Below are positions 1 to 11,174 of a DNA stretch of 64,000 nt, piece after piece (the first letter of the stretch is position 1; each line of letters opens with the position of its first letter). The notes beneath the pieces were generated by a model. It had not been told where the DNA came from. It saw only the letters and a program-made list of their open reading frames with translations, and did not search any database. Position numbers and translations under genes: made by a program. The DNA lies in assembly GCA_000934665.2 (NCBI GenBank), contig JYFJ02000819.1:1-64000 (forward strand). The letters are read 5' to 3'. The stretch is from Catajapyx aquilonaris (lineage: Eukaryota).

Positions 1-3000
1 GAGACAACAAAAGAAGTGCTTTTCACTGTTGGAAGCGATGGTTAATAACACAGGTTGAAACCAGTAGATCGTTAATCTTCACTGGGTGCAACTTCCTAGG
101 TAGCCGTGTAATATTAATGTACACTCTTAATCGCTGCTACTGCCGATTTGTTATTTTTTAAATTAGACCTTTAATATTATATTTCTCAGTAGCAGCTCCG
201 CTACTATGCAGAAGGAATTGCTAAAATAAAGTGTCCCACTGAGGTGAGTGCAGATTTTAATCCCGATAGTCAGCAGGGAATGAATCAGCGCAAGTCCTGA
301 GAGTGGATAAGAATCCGGAAAACGTGCGATTGGAGGAGATTATAGCTAATTGAATAAGGACCGTGGCTGACATTGTTGCATGTAATTGCGTGCTGTTGGC
401 GGCATTGTTTTTGGCACCGTTGTACTGGTTCACCCGTCCGGGGCAGTGGGAAAAGAAATGACCGCGTCATTCTGGAGCTGATTTATGACTTTTTCATGAA
501 GCAAATTAGAACCTGGCGCTGGGCTTGACGGATAGTACAGGAAACCTTTTTTTCAAGAGGATAGGCCTACACATATGTAAGTGTAAAAAAAAATGAGTAG
601 AAAGTGATGCATGCGAGCAATTGAGGCAAATAACTGGCTTGGCATATGTTTTTTTTTTTCCAAAGAGGAATGTTCGATTAGCTGATTACATACATTTCAG
701 CTTGGATATCACAATGTGGGAGTGAAGCAATTGGAAGTGACGCAACTTTAAAACAAAGCAGAGCTAATTAGTAACGCCCTTACTAATTTTTACATAACAA
801 TATGCACCTCTAACAACCAAGCTGGGGAAAAAAATCAAAACGTTTTTCACTGACAGTAAAACTATTTTCTGTTGAATATTTTCTGGAAGATGTGTACCGG
901 ACCTTAGCAAGAATTTTTATCGTGATTATTGTTTATGTGATATGTTTTCCTGGCAGACTTGCTTGAAATATTCTGCATGTAACACTTCTGCAGTGTCACA
1001 GTGTTCTAAAAATAGACTCCCTCGAGCATGATTAGTACTGTACCATTAACTGTGACCCATCCCCACAATGGCGCGTGTCTTGCACGACCCTGAGAGAGTT
1101 TAAAAAAAGGCTCTCTATGCTACATAATACCCCCCCCACCCAACTCCCATACCTCTCCACCCTGTATACTACTATACCACCCTTGGTCTCTTTTGAATCC
1201 GCAAACCACCTCCGGAGGTGAAAATCCTGGATGGCGCCTTCTTGTCCCCACCGCACCGTCAGGTGAAGTGAGCGAGTCCATCACCCAAGGCCGGCCCCAG
1301 GCATCGCATAACCCACATACAACACATATCAAACACAAGCAGATACAAGCTCGGTATACTCAGAGCTGGGAGAGAAATTGGCAATACATGCTAAGTTCGC
1401 GAATTTAAGTAAGGTTGCTAAAATGAACATTAAAATTACATTACTAAGGACAGATTTTCGCTATAGCCAGAGAAATATTACGAAAATGTGTTTCACTTGT
1501 TTATCTAATATTGATCTGGAACCATTTACACTACCTCTTTACTAAATAATTGTACCAACTATTTTACTTATTTTTGCAAATATTCTGCTGTTTTTTTGTA
1601 AATATTCTGCCAAATTCTTTTGTAAATATTCTCTTAAATATTTTGGCGACCAGTGCTGCTGTAATTTAGCGCCATCTTTTACTGTCACTTTGCGTATATA
1701 AGGCCTGTACAGAGTTGAGTTGGCTATAGATCCTGCCTTATACTCGTAGGCCCCGCAGATATAATGCGCAAATCAACAAAAACAGGGAGTTATATTGATG
1801 CCAAGACCACCCAACTGGGAAGGTGGTCCTTTCCCTGGAGGTATGGTCAGTCGGTGGCGATTTATTGCCCGAGGAGAAGGACCGGACGCGCGGGCGGTTT
1901 CCCAGGACACTCTACCTTATCCAATCAAAAGAAGAAGAAGAAAAAAAACAAACAGAAGAGATTGATATTTTTTGATTCGATTAACGACCAGCTAGGGGGG
2001 AAGATGCCGATATCGCGATAATTCCGGCATAATCAGACGGGCTGCTGGAATAAACGAGGCGCCTTGACCACACAAGGGCCAAGGGACTGCATTTTAAAAC
2101 CAACACGCTCGCAAATCCTGATTGTCGCCTGGGATACGCGACCAGGAAATACCCGAATTCTTCCAGTCGGGTACAACAATAGGGACCATTTAATTGTTGG
2201 AAACATCACTCGGACAATATAGGCTGTCTTCATCCGAAGAAATGGCGGATTTTCGCAACCTCATTGCTACTGGAGTTGCTGCAATTAATTCCTGATTAAT
2301 CCGCGCATTGCGTCAGCGCACCGACCGAAAGTTATGAGCCTACAAAAGAGCGCAGAAAAAAGTGGTTTCAGCAAAAGCCAGAAGCAAAACTTGGCAGATC
2401 GTATCTCTTTGAACGCCCAGTATATAACTCTCGTTATCCACACAACAAAACTGAGGGCTTTTTATTCAGTTTTTTGAGGGTGTCACTTTTGTCGCTTTCA
2501 CTGTGCTGCCTGTCGGTCATGGTCTGTCGCCATTTTAGTAAGCCGGCGGACATTTTCCGTTGCACAAAAAATTATCACGTTAAATATAAATTGCGAACTT
2601 TTGTACCAAACATTTGTTGCACCAGTGAACGTATAAAATATCCGTATATAAATGACATTTATAAGGATATAAAATGGTAAGTGAGCCTTTGTATACCATT
2701 GTTGCACCATTGAATGTAGATTTATAACTGACCCTTTGACTCGTTGTAGGGTTTATCAATGTAGACCGTTGCAGAACAGACAAGTTACGTAAGTAGAATT
2801 TAGATGTTAAATCCTCCAAATGCGAACTGGATCGGGACCCTGCCTTTCTCCGAAGCACCCCCTGGAGCTAATCTATCGCAACTCAGATGTTATCTTGGCA
2901 CGATTTCACGGCCAAAAGGTACGCTTTCATCGGCCCGGATTGGGCTCGATGTCTGTTTTGGGAAAACAGCCTGTCAGCCATTTTTGTTGTCGCCAGATGT

Positions 3001-3825
3001 GACCTCTGACCGACTTTTTTAAAGGTTCAAAATTGTTTAAAAAAAAATAGCTTCGATCGGATCTACTCAGATATTTTCTTAGTAAAAGACTGAGTCACCC
3101 AGGGCTTCCCACTTATCTCACTTTCACAAGAGGGCCACACAACCTTGCCTTTTCTAGCGAGGGATGAAGATTCACGCCGAATTAGCTTTTGCATGAGAGA
3201 CCACAATGCCTACCGCTTTTGAAGTCAGCTTATAGGGATGCTGCTGGCTCCTCTCTGGCGCCGGGTCATCGTTTTTCAACAGTACAGGAGGCGTTAACAG
3301 ATCGCTTCCTAATTTGGTCGCTGAGATAGCCAAACATTCAAGGAGGAATTAGCGTCGGTGAAGTTAACCTGGCCAGAATATGGGAATTTGCGAAGTTGTT
3401 AGCCCTGAGTATGTATACGCATTGCTTCCAAGCCAAAGAGTGTGACGTCCCATCGGCTAAGACATCTGGACAAAAGAAGCTCCATTGTCGGTCCATACAA
3501 AAGGCCTGGATGATTTAGAGAGGAGGCTGTCAAAGCGTTATGCTGTACGTCACGTCCGATTCATTACCCGCACATTATACGATCCAGGGTCCGATTGTGG
3601 TCGTACTGTTCAATGGGTCGTGTACCATGACCGAATGTGATAATGTGAGACCAAATGATGTACTGGTTATTATTTTGCGAGTCCATACCTTGCCCTTACA
3701 CGTGCCCGTGTGACAAATGAATCGCCTGGCCATCGCAATGTGTGCACCGTATTTAGAGAGCCGACCTATAGTGACACCATGGACACTACAACTCTTATTC
3801 TAACGTAATTTTCGTATTGTTTCAG

Positions 3826-3868
3826 ATTCTACTGTTACATCTGGACATGGCCGTCTCTTCGTGCACAG
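3826..3868 (+). other. Candidate plus-strand micro-exon (ILLLHLDMAVSSCT) of an unidentified gene
   Basis: Branch point CTAAC (3800), pyrimidine tract and CAG acceptor; donor CAG|gtaaat. In frame with upstream phase-0 donors at 243 and 2676. Confidence 0.4.
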
Positions 3869-6800
3869 GTAAATTCGAGAGGCACGTGTTCACCTCTTAA
3901 TGGCCACTCATTAGTTTAGAAAATACCTGAAAAACTGAACCTGTTTTGCACTGTTCGCACAATTACACGAGCTTATGGAAATGTCGTGTTTACAAAGTAA
4001 CGTGTGGCATGCCTGTGCCTCTTATACGTATATATTTTTTCTCGTGTGTGTTTTTGGGTGACTTGGCATGAGTACAGGTCAGGATTTACAGGAGAGTGTC
4101 AGCTGCTTAAAAAGGGAAAGCTCTGGCGTTGTATAGCGTGATTTACGGCGCTATTGTTCCCAAAGTACTCGTTTGCGACGGTTTCGGAGTGGGAAGAACA
4201 TTCAAGTTCACCGTAAATGTCGCGGGTGTCGTTACCATAAAAATCACATGGTCGCAATATCACATTACTCGTACACGGGGCTGGTGTGCAAGAGTCGGCG
4301 CAATTATATCTCCATACTCTCTCAACACTTTGGCAGCTTTTTAACCCGGGAGTAAATCAGCTCCGAAGTCTTTTACGACGTTTAACTTCCCTTTTTTTTC
4401 CTAAGCTACTCCGGGCTGCCATTGACTCGAAAAAAAAAGTTCCTAACCGAAGCTAACCGAAGATGCGAAACTTGGCGATTGTTCTATCATGCGCAGCTTC
4501 ATTTCATTTTACGGTTCATTTATATGTCTGAACCTTCATGGCAAACAATGGGGAATGGGGAAAAGGTCACAACGACTTAATGGGTCATGTTTTTAAAATT
4601 CTGAGCTTGGCAGCTAGGTTGTATGCTGATTTCGGAGTAAGACAGTGGGGAAACTGGTTATTTTAATTCACGGCGTAAAAATTTTCATGCCAATACGTAA
4701 TCCTAGCTATTCCCTACTGAATCTGTGCTACAAACTGGCTCTAAGCAACACAATCGCATATTGTGTTCATTAGGTAAACACAGACCAGAAGCTGGTTTAC
4801 CCCCAGCAGACGCTTCTCATTCATTCGCCTAATTATTGCCATTTCTTAGATTCCGCCAATTCCGGATTTTAATTGATATCCAGCTTTTTAGCAGGGGGAA
4901 TTAATTAAGCCGCGTGCCTGAAAAGTTTTTTTGTGTGTGCAAACTGCTCTGGTCTGTGCCTCGCAGGCTACGACTGTACAAACAAATTGCGGCCATAAAT
5001 TATTGGCGTGTAATTTATAGTCTCTACCAAAGTCGTAATAAGGGAAACTGTGGATTTTTATCAGAGGTATTGTTTGAGTGGAGGAGAGAAAAAAATTGTG
5101 AAGAGAGGCAGGCGGTATGCAGATGGAAATGGGCCCGGTTTTGGTCCAGGGTATTATGACTGAGTTGATGCTGCCAGCTGGCCTCCATGGGGATGAATCA
5201 AGTGAACATCTCTAAATTACTAGGGAGCGTTGTCCACCTTACGATAACAAACCAGATATGGCCGACATGTAAACACTTTTAGAAAGTTACCTCCCGTCCA
5301 GTCTCTGGCCCTTTTTCTTCTCTATATTATACAGAGGGCCTCGGATTTATCTGGAGCCATCCGACGAAAGGAGGGAAAGAATCATGGCCCGTCATTAACT
5401 CCTAAGTAATGGGCATTTCAATACAGTTTGAATAAAACGTCAATCATGTATTCTGCTGCACTTTTGTCATTTTGATCCGCTCCAGTTTGCACAGTTCAAG
5501 TCCGCACATCAAGAGATATTAATAAGCAACAATCATGAAAAATGATTTTGGTCGAATAAACAATCTGCATTTGGAGGAGGCAATCACAGGGGTATGCAAA
5601 TTGTAATTCCAATTTGAAAGCGCGTTATCTGTTCATCAGAAATGAGTAATTATTAGAATGGGCATGGATCAACTGGGCATGTGGCCAAGACAAACTCTCA
5701 TAACTGTGTTAAGAATCTAACTTCTAATAATTAACGGTGAGGAATACAGGTCAGCAGGACTCTTGGTTGATTTATATGCATAATTACACGCCCATCTGGA
5801 TCCACCTAATTTCCAAATCAGCGATTATTAAATTTATTTCACGATTTAAAATTAACCCTTCCAGTCATTAACTGTCCAGTCAAGTGAGTGTATGTAGTGA
5901 AATTTCCTTTCAAAGTTAAAAAAGGGGGGTAACTTTCGATGGTAGGTGAAAATAGGAGGTGTGAAGGCGAATAAGCCCCCAACCTGTTGGAGGCGTGTTG
6001 GTGTGGGGGAAAAAACCGGTTTCCATATAAAGACTGGCCCGAAAAAGAGAGATACGGGGGCTCCTAATGAATGCTGCTTTTATTTATGCGCCATGCGGAT
6101 CTGACGTATTACGTTGCTCACGTGCCACACTTCCAAAATAAGCCACTTACAAGGTGTTAAATACTATGCCAAACCCACACAATATCCTAAAGTTCGCTTA
6201 AAAAAATTCCGCTGGTGTATAGGAATAACGAAGAAAATTGAACAGATAATGCAAAAATAATTGTAGAATTATTACGTCACACTGTGAAAGCCATCATCTT
6301 CTAAAGGTGTGATTAATCAGCCAAGAATTTGCTTCCAAATGAGTAGCACTCGCTTTTTGCATGTAGTCTGACTTGATTGGTATTCATCCCACGTTCTGTA
6401 ATTGGTGGCGCATCGATACGTATCTAATCCGAACCCCCATTTTATTACGATATTTTTATAGAGCCGTGCTACATTAACGCTCATTGTCAGGTGTAATTTT
6501 TTGGAGCCTCGATCGTGACCATGTAATTGTCAATAAGTTTGAGGCGTGGACATCTCTTCCAACGAATAAAGTAAATAAACGATTTCCATCTCCGAATGAG
6601 ACATGAAACATGCAATGGGGGAATAAACGGCCTCCGGGTTTGAGATGCAAGTAAAATCTAATCATGTCTCTTTAAACTCGGAGATTTGTAGCCCTGTATT
6701 ATCAGGTTAGTAACGTGGAAGAAATTAGCTGATAATTTGTTGTAGCAGCTTGCATTTTGAGTCGATTCATTTCCTTTTCTGTGATTAAGTCCAACGATTT

Positions 6801-8813
6801 TTGTCCGGTCTGGATCTGAACTTGGGACATATTTGTTAGCTGTCTTCTTCTTCTTCTTTGGTTTGGCCCGACCTATCTCATCACTCCGAGCCAAATGTGG
6901 CGATGGGAGAGCCAACCTGTTCCCAAACCCCGCCTGCGGATTCCTACTCATTCCAAGTCAGCAGTTCCCGCGACCTTTATCCGACTGACCAACAAGCAGA
7001 TCCCATGAGATTCGAGCGCATGTCCGGTCCGTTTTTCCAAATCGAAATTCAGCAAAAACCAACGGATACTGCAATTGTGCTAATCTTTTTCTGGGTGGCC
7101 AACAGCATTTCATATCTTCAATTCAGTTGTATTATTTGTAGACACTTGAATCGAGCATATGTCAATCTTGTCGTGTGGGTTGAATGAAACAGCTGGACTA
7201 TAAAAAAACAGACAAGGGGAGGGGGTGAAATATCGCAGCTCGAACTCAGCTGACCAGTATACATGTGTCGCCTTTTATCTTGCCCTGTGATTCTTGTGCT
7301 GGGTAGGACAAAAGGAGGGTTTGTCTCTGCCCCATAAATTTATCGCCTTCGAAATTGAGGAGGCGTGATCTGAGTCCATAAAAAGGGGACACACACTCTT
7401 TGCCCCTATTGCTATTACGCCTATACACTATGTACATACCCCTGTGGTGAAAACGGGACAGTGGGCAACAAAAGGAGCTGGGTTTTTTTTGTATACTGTA
7501 AAGTCTCACGGGTCCTGTTGGGGGGGAAATTTAGGGGACAAGCGGTGAGGTCGTAGCCGGCAATTTGCTGGGCATTCTTCACTCTCAAGACCTGACTTGC
7601 GCCTAATTTAATGGCCTCTAAATGGGCTCTGTCTAATATTTGCTGGATTCAGTTTGGAGGTCGAGTGATGTTGTATATAGGGTGAGGTAATACAGGGGGT
7701 AAACAATGAATATGTTTAGCCCACAATGTTCAAGTGTGTGTTCTCTTTCCCGAGGCTAATTTTTGCGAAACTGAGCATAAATCGTTAGCAACGTTGATGG
7801 TTGGATGAAGCAAGCGGGCTTTAAGTCTAATGATCTGACAAACCAACCTCCTCCTTCCCAGAGCATTAATCATCCCACAGCCTACTGGTCGGCTCCTGGA
7901 ACAAAACCCTTTGACAGTGGCCAACCACCAAAACCTGTCACTGTTTTATCCAGGCACACATCTGAGAAACGGACTGCCCAGATTTTTATATTATTTGAGG
8001 CAATCCATCCCACACCATATCTTATTTGCCCACCACTGAACCTTTCGGTGGAAATACACACCGCCCTGCTGTGTGTGCTCATATAATACGGAGGCCAATC
8101 AGATCTTGATGCAATGACGGGTCTATTAAAATGATGTTGATTGACTAGAATTGGGAGGATTGGATATGCAGGGCGGGGAAAGGATTTCTGCCATCGCCCC
8201 CTGTTTGCTCCAGTGGCAGTGGGTGGGAAATGTCACCAGAAAATGTGGCTGGACAGATATAAGTTTTCGGTCCGTGTGTGTGAGGGGTACACAATCTTGA
8301 TGGAATATCTCAAACCCGCTGCTGGTTAGATCTGCTGAGAAAAGAAAGAGAGGGCTCTCTAAGAAGTCAAGAAGAAGAAAACAGGTTGTCCGGTTTCGCT
8401 TTATCAGCAACAATGATTGGCCATGCACTTGAAGCGAAGTGAAGCTGGCAGCAGATGCTGCTGGAGGAAAGCCAGGAACTTTTTAATGATCCGGTGCAAA
8501 GTCATTCGATCAAGGGATGGATGGATGGACCATAATGATGTTGTTGCACTCTGCTGAGAGAGTATATTGGACCCGAAAGTGGTCGCGTCTAATAATGTCT
8601 CCGGGATGTCTTTATATCAGAACGTGTTCTCTTGGAATTTTAGATGATACTGCAGAACGATCCGAATCAATTCCGGTTGAAATTTAGTTTTGCAGTGCAT
8701 AATGTAGGAAGTAATGATTTGATCAATTTTCGGATAGAAAAATTATTACAGCCCTACATAATGTGTGATAAAGAAAAAGTGGTATCGAGCAAAGAAAATT
8801 AATTTATTTGCCA

Positions 8814-9314
8814 TATCCTCCTGAGACCCAAAAAGTCATTGGTGCAATTATTTAGTAATAAAGAACGCTCTGAAGGGGAGGTGTAGAAGCCATTTTAAAT
8901 TATTTCATTTTTTTAAATCACTTTTTTTTGCAAAATTAGATGCCCAATCTATACAGTCTTGGACATCAGGTCTTAGATATAACATTCCTACATTTCTCAA
9001 TGAATTCTTTAAAAAATTGCAAGGAAAAGAAAATACAGTATCATGAAAGGTTTTATTTCTATTATATTATGGTGATCATTTAGAAAATTCCGAATAATTT
9101 CTTTGTGCATTACCCCCACATTTTCTGCATTTTTTCTGCACGTTTTTGTCATGTAAATCTGCTAAGTTTGCTCGCTAGAGTGACTGGTGTATTTTTTTTC
9201 GCTGTATAGTGCCACAGCTTGAGTACCACTCGAACTTACTGTTAGTGCCATTCCGATCTGCTCCATATAGCAATTCAGTAAATAGTTAGTTGGACATCGG
9301 GTCTCAGGAGGATA
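8814..9314. mobile_element. MITE-like non-autonomous DNA element, about 500 bp
   Basis: Perfect 16-bp inverted ends TATCCTCCTGAGACCC (8814-8829) and GGGTCTCAGGAGGATA (9299-9314). AT-rich non-coding interior; the terminal TA may be the TSD. Confidence 0.65.
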
Positions 9315-9555
9315 AAATAAAGTCCACAGTGCAAGTGTTTACCCCAGCAACTAGTTTCAGAAGAATGAACCAAACGTTTACTATGCAATTTGATCCATAT
9401 TAGTACAGTATTTTCGCATTACATGTTCATGCCTGTAGCCTTTTCATCACGAGGTAGCTAGTCGACATATACAGATGGATAAACTTTGTTTCGCTTAGCA
9501 CAAGTTAACAACCATTAGTTATCTGCATTTATTGCTGTGGATCGACAAGTTTACC

Positions 9556-9615
9556 AACCTGTTTTGTAGGCGACCTCACTAGTACGTACTAGTGAGGTTG
9601 CCTATAAAACAAGTT
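9556..9615. repeat. Near-perfect 60-bp palindrome, no loop
   Basis: AACCTGTTTTGTAGGCGACCTCACTAGTAC|GTACTAGTGAGGTTGCCTATAAAACAAGTT; 3 mismatches, all transitions. Confidence 0.92.
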
Positions 9616-10287
9616 AGTGATAGGTCTACACTAATCTACATCATTTTGATAAAACTAAGCAGCCTTCATTCATAGCATTGAAATCTATGGAAGATACCGC
9701 TTTTTTTACATTGAAGTGAAGATCGGAAAACCTATTTCAAAAATAATACAGTCGAAGTCTCTTTACTTGAAAGTATTGCCATCCCTGCTGGTAAAGTGAC
9801 AGGTCTAAATTAGTCAGCCGGATTGAATAATTCGGATCATGAAACCAGCCTTTCAATTGCACTCTACTTTCGTCGAATATTTGGCATACATTGTGACCCC
9901 ACCTCTTCTTAATCCTGCTGCTATACAGGGTGTCATCCTTGAGTGAGAAACTCGTTTTGAAAACAATGATTTGAACTCACCCGCACCTTTTGTCACGCGC
10001 CCCGTTGTCTATCAATCACCTCCAATCGCATTCACTTCTCCCGATCCGAAAATAACAGCACCTGACTCCTGACAGCAGACTCGATCCTCAGATTCGACAC
10101 TGAATATAATCCGAAACAGGATGCCCCAAACAACACCCGGTCCGGATGCTCGGCACTAAACCCTCCTTCTTTCTTCTTTTTTTTTAAACAACCTGATCCG
10201 GTATTATAAAACCATAAAGTCTCAAAAAGGGCCACACACGTGGCTTTATCTCAAACTCGATGCGATCGAGCCGCGTCTCAGACTCGG

Positions 10288-10408
10288 ACTGACACAACTT
10301 CAGAAGGCTTTCACCTTCTATCGAAAATACCCGCGCAGACGCTCACTCTCAGCGCTGATTGGTCGAATCGGGGATTTGACCGGAAGTGGAAGGGGCGGAG
10401 CTTCAGTT
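10288..10408. promoter_or_regulatory. Probable bidirectional core promoter
   Basis: Divergent arthropod initiators: TCAGT on minus (10292-10288) and TCAGTT on plus (10403-10408). Between them ATTGG (10358), ETS-type CCGGAAGT (10380) and GC box GGGGCGGAG (10392). A GTGAGT donor follows on each strand (9980 minus, 10503 plus). Confidence 0.55.
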
Positions 10409-10920
10409 CATTTAGGCTGAAAATCACGTTGGTTTTTTTTTTTCGTTTATAATTTTTTGTGTGTGTAAAGGAGCGGTTAGTACATTTTGGTGTTTCCGCC
10501 GAGTGAGTTACGAGGCTTGGCCAAACTGGATTAGCCCCCTTCTTTATGTAAATGTGCGGGGACGACTTGTGTAGCAGGGGCTCGGTTATGCAAATTATTC
10601 AATGAGGTGGGAAGACTCGAGAGGAAAAAAAAAATTCACTGCAGGGAGTTTTACCTGGGACGACTTCATTATTTATGAACTATTTCGAGTTATAATGTTT
10701 TTTTTTGTGTGTGTGTGTGCTGGCCAGAGTTGTAACAAGGATGAGGTGGTGATTCAACAAGGATGTGTAGCAATGTACTGTTAGTGGTTCAGAATAATTC
10801 AAACAGACTTGTGACATGGACTTCTGGAAGTCACTTTATAGTAGAGGTGTCAGTCCCATTAATCAATAGCAGTTACAGCTTACGACACTTCTATCGTCTC
10901 CACCACTGCCAGCTATTATA

Positions 10921-11174
10921 CCTCTCTGAAAATATTCGAGTGAAAATTTCACTCAAAAACGGTGTAATTTTTGGGTGAATTTTACTCCGGAAATATTTAC
11001 CAATCGAATGGAAAATTACTCGAAAGAAGAGTGAAAATGAGTGGGAGACGTTGAGTTATTTCGCTCAATTTTTCACCCTCAAGTAATCGAGTGATTTCCT
11101 CTTTAAATCAAGTAGGCGAAATAGTGAAAATCACTTAAATCGAGTGGAAAACATTCGAATATTTTTTTAGAGTG
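10921..11174. mobile_element. Degenerate MITE-like element, about 250 bp
   Basis: Imperfect inverted ends (CCTCTCTGAAAATATTCGAGT and ATTCGAATATTTTTTTAGAGTG) with multiple internal GAGTGAAAAT-like subterminal repeats in both orientations. Confidence 0.5.

Noticed and set aside
1571..1645. Short TTTTGYAAATATTCT tandem (3-4 copies)
   Set aside because: Low-complexity degenerate repeat with no evidence of function.
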